Below the pieces are notes generated by a model that saw only the letters and a list, made by a program, of their open reading frames with translations, ran no database searches and was not told where the DNA came from. This document shows, piece by piece, positions 13,931 to 28,283 of a stretch of 64,000 bases of DNA (positions within the stretch are counted from its first letter, which is position 1; every line of letters starts with the position of its first letter). A program made the position numbers and the translations under genes. The stretch comes from Octopus vulgaris. Its lineage: Eukaryota. The stretch lies in contig OX597815.1 of the NCBI GenBank assembly GCA_951406725.2, forward strand, positions 116,250,001 to 116,314,000, in the 5' to 3' direction.

Positions 13931-14721
13931 ACCAAAAAAAAAAAGAAAAACGGAAAGAGAGAAAAAAGTCCTAGATGATCACGCCTGGGAATCCAGCCGG
14001 AAAATCTAACGGACATTGCTTGTGATAGAACTTATGCAGGAAGTATCTAAGTATTCTACTTCCAACATCCTCCTGGGGATAATGAGAAATGACTGAGAGT
14101 TAAGAAAAGGAAAGAGGCTGCGTGCGTACGAAACATACTGTGTGCATGCATGTGCGCGTGTTCGTGTGTGCAGGCGGTGTATTTTGGAGCTGTATATGTG
14201 TGTATGTTTGTTTCAGTGTTAGTGCCTGTATGGTGAATCTAGTATGCATATTTATATGTACTGTGTATGTGCGTGCGCGCAAGTGCCCATATGTGATCCT
14301 TGTGTGTATATGTACGCTATTTGACCGTGTTTGTTCATAGTACCCTTTTGGACTCTTCATATGTATGTCTGTTCGTAGTATTTTTATGCGATGGTATCAT
14401 GATGGTGCTGTGAGGAATATTTATGCGTGTTCATATAGTTATGACAGTTTGTTGTTGTTTTCTTGGTGCTTACACAAAATGATGAAATGAATACTAATTT
14501 TTAAAAGAAAAATATTCATTACTGCCCCCCTTCTGATTCTGTCTAACGATGTATGATTAGCGTTCTTTTATTCGTTGCCTGCCACCAAGCCTAGTATATG
14601 CATTAAGTCTGCACCTCATAGGTTAAATCTCTCTGTATCTCTCTTTTTACTCTCTCTCTCTCTCTCTCTCTACTTTGTAAAACGCGACTATAAACGCGCG
14701 CTCATACATACATACATACAT

Positions 14722-15050
14722 GCTGACACCCCCTTCGGTCATGACTGACCATGGGATTACATCTAGAAAGTTACACTCCCAGGCACAAGTCCGGGTAAGG
14801 TTGTTTATGGAAGACCAGCAGTCACCCATGCATACCAGCCTCCCCTCTCCACGCCACCAGTGCTATCCAAGGGAAAGACAAAGGCCGATACAGCTTAGCA
14901 CCAGTGACGTCGCAACTCATTTCTACAGCTGAGTGAACTGGAGCAACGTAAAAAAAAGTGTCTTGCTCAAGAACACAACACGCAACCCGGTCCAAGATTC
15001 GAACTCACAACCTCACGATCCGCTGTAACCACGGAGCCATGCACCTTCAC
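14722..15050 (-). mobile_element. SINE family D
   Basis: Matches 2140-2440. The B box reads GATTCGAACTC on the plus strand. Confidence 0.75.
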
Positions 15051-15059
15051 ACATACGTA

Positions 15060-15760
<701 letters not shown>

Positions 15761-15811
15761 AAAAAAAGTCAACATAGAAAATGCTAAAATAATTTTATAA
15801 AAAAGATTTCA

Positions 15812-16771
15812 GGGATCTTTTCATTTTGAAGGCCAGATTTTCCTAGTTAACTAAACAATTTGAAACTTCGTATACTGGTAGAATGTGTCAAAAGAAAACA
15901 TTATTGTAAACAAAATTGAAAACAAAATTGTAATTCGTAACTTAAACGTAGTTTAATTTTAAGAATTTTAACCAATGAAATCGCAGCATTCGAGCTCAAA
16001 TTATTTACCTCTTCTTCTGTCTTCTACATGTGCTAGAAATAACAGCTATATCTCTTAAATCGATTAATTTCGTCGCCCAATAAAAATATTAACGATATTT
16101 TTTGAATATTTTCTTTATTTTTTTTTACCGAAAAGGCTTCTCCCATGGTTTTGAAGGGCCAGAAACAACAAAAAAAACAACAATAATATGCCTAAATCGG
16201 TCTCGAGTTTGCGCGTGGAGTGTGAGTAGTATTGTAAAAATTTGCGAAATATTTTTTCATAAAAGGATGCCCACAGCTTGTCGGAAGCTGTGATATAAAT
16301 TGGGAGAAAAAATCCTCGACACCAGTGCGTAATTGGTACTTAATTTATCGACCCCAAAACGATGAAACATTGACCCCCCCCCCCCTTCTAGTTTATTTAC
16401 CTTTTGTACAAATTTGTTGCGGCAAGTGGCAAAACACGAACGTGTAATGTATGCTTGTGTGCGTATGTGTGTGTGTATGTATATGTCCGTTTGTATGTGT
16501 GTGTACGCTTATATATTAATTACTATGTGCTTGTGCAAATGTATATGCATGTGTTTGAGAGAGAGAGAGTGTGTGTGTGTATGTGTGTGTGTGTGTCGTT
16601 TGTATGTGTGTGTACGCTTATATATTAATTACTATGTGCTTGTGCAAATGTATATGCATGTGTTTGAGAGAGAGAGAGAGAGAGTGTGTGTGTGTGTGTG
16701 TGTGTCGTTTGTATGTGTGTGTACGCTTATATATTAATTACTATGTGCTTGTGCAAATGTATATGCATGTG

Positions 16772-16839
<68 letters not shown>

Positions 16840-17052
16840 TGCTATATTTCTTTATCAATATCGATAACGCAGCAATGCTGGGATTTCATTGGTTAAAATT
16901 CTTAAAATTAAACTACGTTTAAGTTACGAATTACAATTTTGTTTTCAATTTTGTTTACAATAATGTTTTCTTTTGACACATTCTACCAGTATACGAAGTT
17001 TCAAATTGTTTAGTTAACTAGGAAAATCTGGCCTTCAAAATGAAAAGATCCC
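15812..17052. mobile_element. Non-autonomous DNA transposon with 179-bp TIRs and a 6-bp TSD (ATTTCA)
   Basis: 15812-15990 and 16874-17052 are reverse complements with one mismatch. ATTTCA occurs at 15806-15811 and 17053-17058. Confidence 0.92.
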
Positions 17053-17053
17053 A

Positions 17054-17095
17054 TTTCAGTACCGGTTTCAGTCATTGAGACTGTTTCAACTGTAA
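17054..17095 (-). ncRNA. Minimal type I hammerhead-like motif (U3-A8 variant, A9C)
   Basis: Minus strand: uuaCAG UUGAAAC AGUC-ucaau-GACU GAAA CCGG UA CUGaaa, with palindromic stem III ACCGGU. Confidence 0.55.
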
Positions 17096-18375
17096 GTATG
17101 GAAAACAATTAAATTTGGTAAAAATTAAAAGAAAAGTTTTTTTTTTAAAGAATATTTGCACAGTATTCAAATACAAGTGGCATTTTCCTTGTTTCTGCCT
17201 GTCTCTGTCTCTCTTGTTTACTCTTGTGGGTTCGAGGTCGTTGTGAATTCTTGGTAGGGAAGACGAAGAAGAAGAAGAAGAAGAAGAAGAAGAAGAAGAA
17301 GAAGAAGAAGAAGAAGAAGAAGAAGAAGAAGAAGAAGAAGAAGAAGAAGAATGTGGGAGTGCCATGACAGTAGTATGTTGAATGGTCAGCTGCCCCGAAA
17401 ATGACCCGCTGTGGATGGTAGTAGTCACTGTTCAATTCATGAAACATCTCTTTTGAATGTTTTGTTTATAAAATTTGCGTAGGTGTTATTCTAAATATAT
17501 ATATTATTTATATATGTGTGTATGTATAATAAACTTTGGTGTGTGTATAACAAACAACAAATTTAAGGTCATCCACTTAATGTATCACATCTCGAACATT
17601 TAATCACATATAAAGAAACATAATGTTTTTTTCTTATACATAGAATACAGATGCATAAAAGCACAGAAGAAACAATATTTCATTTAGACAAGCATATAAA
17701 ATAATGTGAATACAGTCTATCGCAATATAAATGAAATATTATATGGATCCTCAGTAAACATCTCTGCGAAAACTGGTTAACAGAAGGCATATCTGTTGAT
17801 GGTTTACTTTAAAGAAGAAATCTATATATACCTGCTAAAATACCAGGCAAAATAGATAGGTCGCAGGGTATGAATATACTCAGCCAAAGTCTGAATTTAT
17901 GGTATTATCTTTGATTAGGATGACCATATAGAACGTGCTTCTCAATGTGGACAATATTGCTCTCACGTCAAACACGAACCTAGAATTAATTACTTTTCTT
18001 TGATATGATATACATGTCCATCTTTGGCTCTATATGTTCTTCTAAGTTCAAATCTTGCCGAGGTCAACTTTATCTTTCATTGTTTTCGGGGTCGATAAAA
18101 TAAGTTCTAGACTATTTGGGGATCGATGTAATTGACTTGTCCCTCCTCATAAATTACTAACCCTGTGCCAAAATATGAAACCATTATGTGTATGTGCATG
18201 TAAAGCAAAGCTGAAGTTGCAAAAAATGTTAGTAAAAAAATGTGGGGCGCTAAGTGAAAAAAATTTGAGGCGCACTGATGTAGAGACCTCCTCCTTGTTA
18301 ACGATGGGCCTCACCGTGGTTCTCGTGATAATGAACGATGATTGTCGTTGTGGTGGCGGCGGCGGTGACGCATGA

Positions 18376-18382
<7 letters not shown>

Positions 18383-18447
<65 letters not shown>

Positions 18448-18725
18448 CAGCAGCTGTAGCAATGGTGATAATCGAGATAATTATTGTGGGAACTACTTGT
18501 GGAGTGGTGGCTGTTATTGTAAATTTTTCTCACAAATAGGCATCGGATTTGTCTTTTACTATTTCCAGTTATTCAAACTTAAGCTTTTAATCTTCTACTG
18601 CATAGAATTTTTAATTAGTCTCATCACAATACCACGCCGTCTTCACTATAATTTCTGTTTATGATAACACATGTGAACAATATACGAATGATGATGATGA
18701 TGATGATGATGTTGTTGTTGTGTTG

Positions 18726-18804
<79 letters not shown>

Positions 18805-18857
18805 CATTATTATCATTATTATTATTATTATTATCATTATTATTATTATTGTTATTA

Positions 18858-18912
<55 letters not shown>

Positions 18913-18971
18913 CATTACTATTATTATTATTATCATTACTATTATTATTATTATCATTATTATTATTATTA

Positions 18972-19024
<53 letters not shown>

Positions 19025-19025
19025 G
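18383..19025. repeat. (TAG)n and compound (GAT)n/(ATT)n trinucleotide tracts
   Basis: Seen directly. A (GAA)n tract also occurs at 17265-17351. Confidence 0.95.
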
Positions 19026-19599
19026 CATTGGATTAGCAGAATTGTGACAAAACTGGCCCTTTGAATTACAGGCACTTCTCATTTTTTGCCAGCTGAGCGG
19101 ACTGGACAACGTGACATAAAGCGTCTTGGTTAAGAACTTAACGCACTGCCGGGAATCGAACTCATGACCTTATGATCTTGAGCTGAATATCCTAACCACT
19201 AAGCCACGCGCCTTTACATACATACAGACAGACAGACAGTCAGACACAGGTACACTGGCGCGCGCGCACCGTAGTGTGTTTGTAAACCGGTTTAGATGAG
19301 CGTCGGTCCAACGTATAAAGTAAAAAGAAAAATTGAATTGTAAAGTTGTTATAGTTACAGTTTACTCTACATGTTACTCAGAGTTTCTGCCAGTCTACTT
19401 CATCCCAATCCATTGCGATACACTGTAAAAATGATGCGTCAGACAAATGTGAATAATAGACTGTGTGAATAATTTGTTCCATTTGCTGGGGCTGTCTGAA
19501 GAATGAAACAAAGAGTGTGAAATTCTGAGCTATAAGCTGGAATTATAAACTTGTGTGTGTATGTGAGTGAACAACGTTTCATTTTACAAGGGAATATAG

Positions 19600-20185
19600 C
19601 CAAAGACTATTTCTCAGGCATTTTGATCATAAAGACTGACACAAACATCAAAACCGATATCCATTACAAACCAACGGACTCTAAACAAAACCAAGAGCCA
19701 AGAATAAAAAGGCACTTGAATCATACCAAATAATCAAATGCAAAAAAGACAACCAAAATCCCTAAAGATCTACATATCAGCGTAAAACTACCAAAATGCA
19801 ATCCCAACAGTTAAAAAGTGTGGCCACTCCAATTGCGGAACTTGTATCAACCTTATTGAGGATACATCATATAAATTTATATTGGGATAAGTTTTTTCTG
19901 TGACAAACCACTTGTTCATCAAAAATTTAATGTTAACCATTAAATGCAATGGATGCAGTGAAAATTACGCTGTACAAAGCAAACTAACTTTGAGAATGAG
20001 ATTAACGAGTTGTCAGCTACAAATTGGAGATCCCAGGACTAGAAAAGTATCATTCAGTGAACATTTTGATAACCAAATCTCTCAAATTCCTAGTCCTTCC
20101 ACTTTATCAGTGGATCAAGCACGTATAAATAAAAGAAATTCGTTTATTAAAAAATACAGACCACGTCTGACTTCGCTATAAAAAC
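19600..20185 (+). pseudogene. Penelope-like element relic: RT thumb, Cys-rich linker and GIY-YIG endonuclease
   Basis: GILIIKTDTNIKTDIHYKPTDSKQ; KKCGHSNCGTC; IKCNGCSENY...TLRMRLT...SEHFD. Multiple deletions and stops. Confidence 0.8.
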
Positions 20186-21213
20186 ACTAAAGACCATATA
20201 CGATTCGCCATTCACAATGAATGCTTTACAATGTTGAATAAAAATCCATACTGATTGAAGTGAAACATCTCTCTTTAAAGCTCATCAATTACATTTAAAT
20301 CTTGGGCATAGTAAATTCCAGTTACTTTCATTTCACTTTCACAAATTTTATCTATCCTTATGTATATGTATCTGAGAACTGTCTACACACACACAGAGTG
20401 AGATATATGCATGTATGTGTGTATGTATGTATGTATGTATGTATGTATGTATGTATGTATGTATGTATGTATTAAGTTTGTATGCGTTTATCCGTTTCTA
20501 TGTGTACGCAACAATGAGAAAAAAATTCGGTATTGGCAACGATGAAATCAATAAAGGAATCGACAAATAAGACTGGTATTAATGTAGAAGTTAAATGCTG
20601 GTGATGGCACTGTTGTGTAGGACGATAGCGAAGAAATGAAAAAGAGATGATGAGGTGATGATTATGGATATAATTATGATATGACTAAGCAATGATGAAA
20701 AAGGAATACAAAAGGATAAATATATTGCAATTGGTAATATATCTTTTATTACTGGTGTAAGCCGTTTCAAGCGACTCTGTTATTTTACTCCGGTTATTTT
20801 CTATTTGATTTTAAGCGTATCAAAAGATGGAGGTTAATCATACGACACTTAGCGATCTTGTTTTGAAGGGTCTTGATAATGTGAGTTAATCAGATAGAAC
20901 ATTATAGAGACTCGCGCACATCTATAGGAACACACTCATACACACACATACACACAAACACATACACATACACACACAATGCGCATGAAACTGTCTTTCT
21001 GTGTTTGTGCATAAGACTGTATGTGTTGTATATGGTGTATGTGAAGCACATACGCACACATACCCATATGTATGTATGCAATTGCGTACGTACGTATGTA
21101 TATATGTATGTCATTTGTATGTATGTGTATGTATGTGTGTGTACATGTATAAGTGTACATATGTATATATATATATGTGTGTGTTTGTGTGTATGTATGT
21201 ATGTATGTATGTA

Positions 21214-21244
<31 letters not shown>

Positions 21245-21584
21245 ATGTATGTATGTATGTATGTATGTATGTATGTATGTGTGTGTATTACGTATGTATT
21301 GCCTCCATAAGTAAAGCGCAAAGCTATATTACTCTTGCTTATACGTGTTTATAATTCTTTCTTTCTTTTAATTAACAATGAAAGCATTTTCACTGACCTG
21401 TTTACAGATAACTTTAGATATTTGTATCTCAATGGATTATATTTTTGTATCAAATGATCTGAAAGGACAGCTACTCTTGTATCTATAATTTCTTTCTCCG
21501 ACCATCTAGTCAAGTATCTAATCTGTTACATATCCATTCATTTTTTCATCCATCCATTCATCTTTCGATATTTCAAGTTAGGTA

Positions 21585-21797
21585 AGGCAGTGAGTTGGCA
21601 GAATCGTTAACACGCCAGGCAAAATGTTTAGCAACACTTCGTCTGTCTTTACGCTCTGAATTCATGTTCTGCCGAGGTCGATTTTGCCTTTCATCCCTTC
21701 GAGGTCGATAAATTAAGTACCAGCCGAGCATTGGAGTCGATGTAATCGACTCGTCCTCGCCCCCAGTATTTCAGGTCTTGTGCCTATAGTAGAAAGG

Positions 21798-21800
<3 letters not shown>
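21585..21800 (+). mobile_element. SINE family A
   Basis: Family core present. Another copy lies at 22438-22610. Confidence 0.85.
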
Positions 21801-21865
<65 letters not shown>

Positions 21866-21867
21866 CA

Positions 21868-22307
21868 TTGAGTGAGAAAGCACTGCATACCATCAAAATG
21901 ACACTGGGGTAAAATATACGAAGTCGGACAAGGGTACACCAGACACATGCATCACAACCATATGTGCGCCACATGGTGATCTCATATCAAAATAAATAGC
22001 GCTTAACCTTGCAAGTGGGGCCCAGTTAGAATTTTATTCAGGTTGAGTAGCCCATCCCGCTCAAAGGACCCCTGAATATGGGTTGTTTAAGGATGCTGAA
22101 CGAAACACCACATGTTTTCAAAGGTGAATTATCCAAACTCCAAAGAATTCCTCTCAACACATGGCTATGACGCTCCCCCTGTACTTCTGCTCGTGATCAG
22201 AGATGCGCATATCGTCAGCCACTAAGGGACATGCTCAACTAGTTATGGTCAAACAACTAGCAAGCAAATCTGTGGTATTGAGCAGAATATTTGCTGTAGC
22301 CCGTCTT
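21868..22307 (-). mobile_element. Probable non-autonomous retroelement embedded in (ATT)n (R4/Dong-like targeting)
   Basis: A complex, relatively GC-balanced block with ATT microsatellite on both sides. The clade is inferred from the target type only. Confidence 0.35.
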
Positions 22308-22384
22308 TGTTGTTGTTGTTGTTATCATCATCATCATCATCATCATCCGCATCATCATTATTATTATTATTATTATCATTATTA

Positions 22385-22434
<50 letters not shown>

Positions 22435-24452
22435 GAAGGCGGCGAGCTGGCAGAATCGTTAGCATGCCGAGCAAAATGTTCAGCAGCATTCCGTCCGTCT
22501 TTACGTTCTGAGTTCAAATTCCGCCGAGGTCGACTTTACCTTTCATCCTTTCCGGGTTGATGTAATTGCCTAGACATCTCCCACGAAATTTCAGGCGATG
22601 TGCTTATATAAGTCAAGTGCAGAAGTAACTGACAACAATATGCAGGCGACTGGGTATACATGGATATGTGAAATCTAACGGTGCTCAAAGAACTCAAGAC
22701 TTTGCTGGAATAACCACAATGTAAGGACAGATCGGACGACAACATGGCGCGTGTCTGGTAGATCGTCGACGCGCGGCCTGTGAGGAAACAACGACATCGC
22801 CGAGGCTGGTGGCCTGCACGGAGCAATGCGAATACTGCCACCTATGCTACGCCAACCGTGTGCCATCACAAACTGGACAAGTGTCAAGCTCAATAAGTTC
22901 TCCTTCCCCGCTGATCTATCCAAACCTGTGCTCTTGGCTGTAATTTCGCTTGAATAGAACTACTTGTGGCTTTTCTGCTCAGAGGAAAACAAGCAGAGGA
23001 TGAAAGAGGGAAGCAGAGAACAGTTGAAAGAGCAATGCAAACAACCAAAGTAGAACAAATCGTTTCTTGATCTTGACCATAGGCAGCATGGACCAGCGAA
23101 TAGGTGGAGTATCAAAAAGTCGAGCGATCTAGTTGTTCAGCGTACAGTCGACAAGCTAGCGTCACCACTCCATCATCTTACACTGATGATGAAGTAAAAA
23201 GGCCTAAAAAGAGACGAAAAACCATCGGAAAGGGGGCAGCAAAAAATTTAAGAAATAGAAAAAAAAATAAGCCAATAAAGCATACAAAAGAAAGTAGTTG
23301 ACGATATGAACAAACTAATACCCAGTTGTCAAACACTGGGGCTATTTTGTAGATGACACCCAAAGTACCGCGCAGTGGGACTGAACCTGAAATCACGTGG
23401 TTGCTCAGCGAACTTCTTAACCATGCGGCCATGCCTGCACCTATAGAAAAGATGTAAACTTTTCTTTCTCCCCATCTATAAATTTTAGGCTCCTTACTTA
23501 TGTAAAAGGATCACACTAACACAGATACTCGGGCAAACAAATCTACAACACTACACAACATATTTATGAGCAACACAGATTTTAGCCTGAACAATCTTTG
23601 ATAGCTTCAGATGGATATCAGTGAAGGCGCATAGCCTAGTGGTTAGGGAGTTTCACTCATGATCGCAAGATTGTGGTTTTGTTTCCCAGACCGGGCGATG
23701 CGTTGAATTCTTGAGTAAAATATTTCATTTTACGTTTCTCCAGTCCAATTAGTTGTAAATGAATAATCCTGTTCAGGGGAATGTTAGGTTCTCGGTCACC
23801 TATACGCCATGGAAACCGAGTAACCGGCCCTATGTACGCTGGTATCGAAGAGGAGATAACCACTCCGAAATGCATGCATCCACCAGTTTGGTTAGGGAGC
23901 GCTGCGAACTGACACGGTGTGTTCACATCTATCAGTCTTCAGCCAGAAATTTTTCCCATGACAAAATACAGTAAATAGCTTTCTTGCAGGTTCGAATACG
24001 TCGCAATCATATTTGAACTGGTAACAAAGTTTCTACTTATACATATCACTGCTAAGCGCTTTTATTCCGTATAGAAACAGTAATGTCCAAGAGACTTACT
24101 TACATGGCTACTCGAAACTATTGGTGTGGTTTTGATGACAACACACAAGTATTGAGTTTCTCCTGCAGAATTAGGAAATCAGGAATCCGGAACAGTTATA
24201 CAAAACATAAGACGTGGATAAAATAACGCAGATATATCCAGTACTGAATTTCCGTAAAGCACATGCACACACATGCACTTTTCTACATTTTATAAAGGAT
24301 ACATTTCCCATTCACTGATAGAGTAAGAAGGTCACCACGGTCTTTATTTCTCTCACAATGTTCTCAGTTAAACTCTTAATCCCTGCCTAATCTTTCATCG
24401 TATTTACTGTGTCTTACTCTTGTGCCAAAATATCTTCACCGTGCCGCTTTTA

Positions 24453-25644
24453 TACGAGGGGCGTTCAATAAGTAATGCCTCTGGCCCACTTGCAGTTTTT
24501 GATCTTGCTGAAATTTTGCATGTGCAATTATTGATATCTCTATAGATTAAGTGACAAATTACAGCTCTGAACTAATTGTGGTTTCTGATTTACAGGTGTT
24601 TGAACTGAGTCAAGTGTGAAATGGATCCTGTTGAGTGTCGAACAGTGATCCGGTTTTTGTATTTGAAAGGACGCACACCACGGGAGACTTTTGCTGAAAT
24701 GAAAGTAACTTATGGTGATGATGCCCCATCATATGACCTTGTAAAATGCTGGCATCGTGAATTCAAACATGGTCGGAACTCTGTGGAAACAGCTCCCAGA
24801 TCTGGTCACCCCACTTCTGCCATTGATGAGGTATCTGTCCGTCAAGTTGAGGCTGCCATTTTGGAAGATCGACGCATAACTATTCGCCAAATAGTCCATG
24901 AGGTCAAGATTAGTACCGAGTCTGTGGAAACTATCATTCATGACTATTTGCATATGCAAAAGGTGTCTGCCAGATGGATTCCCAGGTTGCTCACACCTTT
25001 CCAGAAGCAAGAACGCGTCGAGTACTCGAGGATGAATTTGGAGATGTGCCAAGAAGATGAGTCAAACTTTTTCAAAAGACTGATAACACAGGATGAAACC
25101 TGGGTCCATCACTATGATCCAGAGACCAAAGCCCAGTCAATGCAGTGGAAGCACCGTGACTCACCTCCTCCAAAGAAGGCAAGTGTGCAGCCCTCCACTG
25201 GCAAGATCATGCTCACAATCTTCTGGGACCAGGACGGAGTAAGATCAGCAAAGGCATCCCCCTCCTGCAGGACAACGTTCCGGTCAACAACTCGCGTGTC
25301 GCCAGATCAGAAGCACAGGCGTGCGGCTATGAACTCCTCCCCCATCCCCCTACTCTCCCGACCTTGTACCCTCTGATTTTCATCTCTTCGCAGCCATGAA
25401 GTTGTTTTTGAAAGGAAAGCGTTTCCCAGATGATGCAGCCTTGATTTCTGAAGTTACGTCGTGGTTGGAGGACCAAGCTGGGGTCTTCTACAAAAACGGT
25501 CTCCAGAGCTGCATCAAAGGATGAGAGAAAGGCGTAACTCTGGGTGGTTCCTATGTAGAAAAAGACTAATAACTGCGCCAAGTTTCGTTGCTCTAATGCT
25601 ATGGGAAGTGGGTCAGGGGTATTACTTATTGAACGCCCCTCGTA
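24453..25644 (+). mobile_element. Mariner transposon copy 2, both TIRs, TA TSD, internally deleted
   Basis: TA|CGAGGGGCGTTCAATAAGTAAT ... ATTACTTATTGAACGCCCCTCG|TA. The element spans 24455-25642 (1188 bp). Confidence 0.97.
24621..25569 (+). pseudogene. Mariner DD34D transposase, frameshifted
   Basis: HTH, ARWIPRLL and ITQDETW motifs. In the shifted frame, QDN...YSPDLVPSD has 34 residues between the catalytic Asp residues. A 103-bp deletion near 25241 and a late TGA disrupt it. Confidence 0.95.
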
Positions 25645-25979
25645 TCACTTAATCTTTCTGAATTCTTCACTTACCTTCTGCTTTTTCCATTCAGTAAGTC
25701 ATTCATGATAATTCAGATTGACCATTATGAATTCCAACATCACACTATTTCTATTTTCTTGCCTAAAATAAAAAAATAATAATAAAAAAATAAAAGAAAC
25801 TTAATTCTTGTTTGATTCTCGCTGAACCGGATATACGCTTATTTTGAATAACAATGTTTCAAGTGCTAGGTTTTAACATTAGAATGGTTTTTCAAGTAGT
25901 ATTGAACACAAATAGATCATAGAAAATTATATTGACGTATGTATTGAACTCCAATCATAGTTTGAGATACATACAGACA

Positions 25980-26097
<118 letters not shown>

Positions 26098-26177
26098 GTT
26101 GTATATATATATATGTGTGTGTATATATATATATATATACGTGCATACATTTTCACACACACACGCACGCACACACA

Positions 26178-26243
<66 letters not shown>

Positions 26244-26527
26244 ATCCTTTACCACACAACAGTATTTTGATGGAAAGTCTATTCAAAGAATGCATTACAC
26301 ATAATTGAGAATCTTAAGTAATCGAACAGGAAATTGATTTCGACATTATTCAGAAGCAAACATCAACTTCGATGAGGAAATATGATAGGATTTCACAGAT
26401 TATTGAATCTTACGTATGCAGGCAGGTACACACACACACACACACATGCATGTTATATCTATATACGCATATATATATGCATACAATACTTACGTACATA
26501 TTTACATAAGTGCGCGCTCACACACAC

Positions 26528-26600
<73 letters not shown>

Positions 26601-26677
26601 AGGAGATACATATATCTGAGATACAAAACAATATATACACACAAAAGCGTATTCACTCCAACATACATACATACAAA

Positions 26678-26712
<35 letters not shown>

Positions 26713-26813
26713 CATATATACGTATATATATGTGTGTGTGTATATATATATATGCATACATATATATATATATATCACATAGGTAAGCATATATATACAC
26801 ATACAAGTTTTAG

Positions 26814-26858
<45 letters not shown>

Positions 26859-27961
26859 TACATAATCTTATAAGAAGCCATATGCATGTGCCACTTAGGA
26901 TACGTAAACGTGTATTTATACAAATGTATATTCCCACATGTTGCATAAGAAAAGGGGGAGGAAAGGTTTGATGGGTAAAAACTGTGTATCATCGATCTCT
27001 CTGATGTAGAATCATCCGGAAGATATCATGTACACTCCTGATTCATTTACGTGATGAAAGCGGAATCATATCGATGACAGACTGCAGAAACAATATTTGA
27101 TTCTGATATACTTCCACACTGCCGTCTACTTTTAAGCCAATGCTCCGACCAGCTTTTTACCTCTGGCTAATGACATATCAGCAGATAGCAGTGGCTTTAC
27201 TTTATAAAATGTCGTATAGTAAAGGAGAAGAATTTTATACAATAAAATTGAAAGAAATATATTTTTCGTTGAATATATATTATAAATGACATTTTAACCA
27301 ATCAGAAAAATGATAATATTTGTGTGAAGCGAAACGTCTGTAACAATTATAATTTCGTAGAAGGTACCCTCGGATGCAGTATCTAAACATCACAAGTACG
27401 ATATACCAATATTTTGTATTTGCTATGTAACCTTTGAAAGAAATTATAAGATTTTTTAGGTGCATAACAAAACACAATAAGGTACATAATATATAATTTA
27501 ATTATTACATGTACAGTACATGCATAATACAAAAAAAATTCTGTAGATTGTGACGGTCAATAAAATAGAAATAAAATTCCAAAATTTATTCTTTCTATGC
27601 GGTTCGGTATTTGAGGACTCTGCTCTAGATAGTCCTGCACTCACGAATTCAGACCTGTAACAAATTTCCTTAACAGCAATGGCGTATTTGTAGGGGTGCA
27701 ACTAGAGTATGTGCCGCCCGATGCAGCTCCTGAATTTGTCGCTCCCTAAACAGGGTTAATACAGCAGATTCAAGTGCCGCCCTCTGTTAAAGCGTCGTCG
27801 GGAGAAGAATGCCCTGTCCCCTTCTTCCCAGATACACTTCTAGGTATTTGCTTTCCTTAAGCATTGAACCACAATTTTCACATTATACGAACACTGCTAA
27901 TAAACCGTGCATTCTCATCAACTGCGTCACTTAATCTCTGAGTTTGGAACAATAACAACAA

Positions 27962-27993
<32 letters not shown>

Positions 27994-28014
27994 ACAACAA
28001 CAACAATAATAATA

Positions 28015-28209
28015 AAAGGCCCGAAATTTTTGGAGAAAGAGCCAATCGATTAGATCGACCTCAGTACTCAACTGGTATTTAATTTATCGACCCCGAAAGG
28101 ATGAGAGGCAAAGTTGACCTCGGTGGAATTTGAACTTAGAATATAACGACAGACGAAATGCCGCTAAGCATTTCGCCCGGCGTGCTAACGATTCTGCCTG
28201 CTCGCCGCC

Positions 28210-28210
<1 letters not shown>
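28015..28210 (-). mobile_element. SINE family A
   Basis: Well-preserved reverse copy with CpGs intact. Confidence 0.88.
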
Positions 28211-28247
<37 letters not shown>

Positions 28248-28283
28248 TTTAAAGGATTGACGTAACTTTTCACAAAGGTAAAT

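Noticed and set aside
16487-16840. Constant repeats separated by variable spacers (CRISPR-like)
   Set aside because: The spacers are (GA)n(GT)n microsatellite, the context is eukaryotic and there are no cas genes.
17072-17428. Poly-Ser ORF MTTTIHSG...LPRIHNDLEPTR
   Set aside because: It is driven by a (GAA)n tract, with no convincing splice acceptor or recognisable domain.
17705-17760. CUGAGGA plus stem followed by GAUA; similar partial cores at about 1510-1545, 2860, 4296 and 19496
   Set aside because: The core or stem I is incomplete, so these cannot be distinguished from chance or very old relics.
18147-18533. Low-complexity ORF with a possible GTGAGG donor near 18315 on the minus strand
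   Set aside because: It is built on (TAG)n, has no acceptor and its frame is ambiguous.
22160-22225. CUGACGA...GAAG hammerhead-like motif on the minus strand
   Set aside because: It lacks GAAA and a valid stem III with an NUH site in register with stem I.
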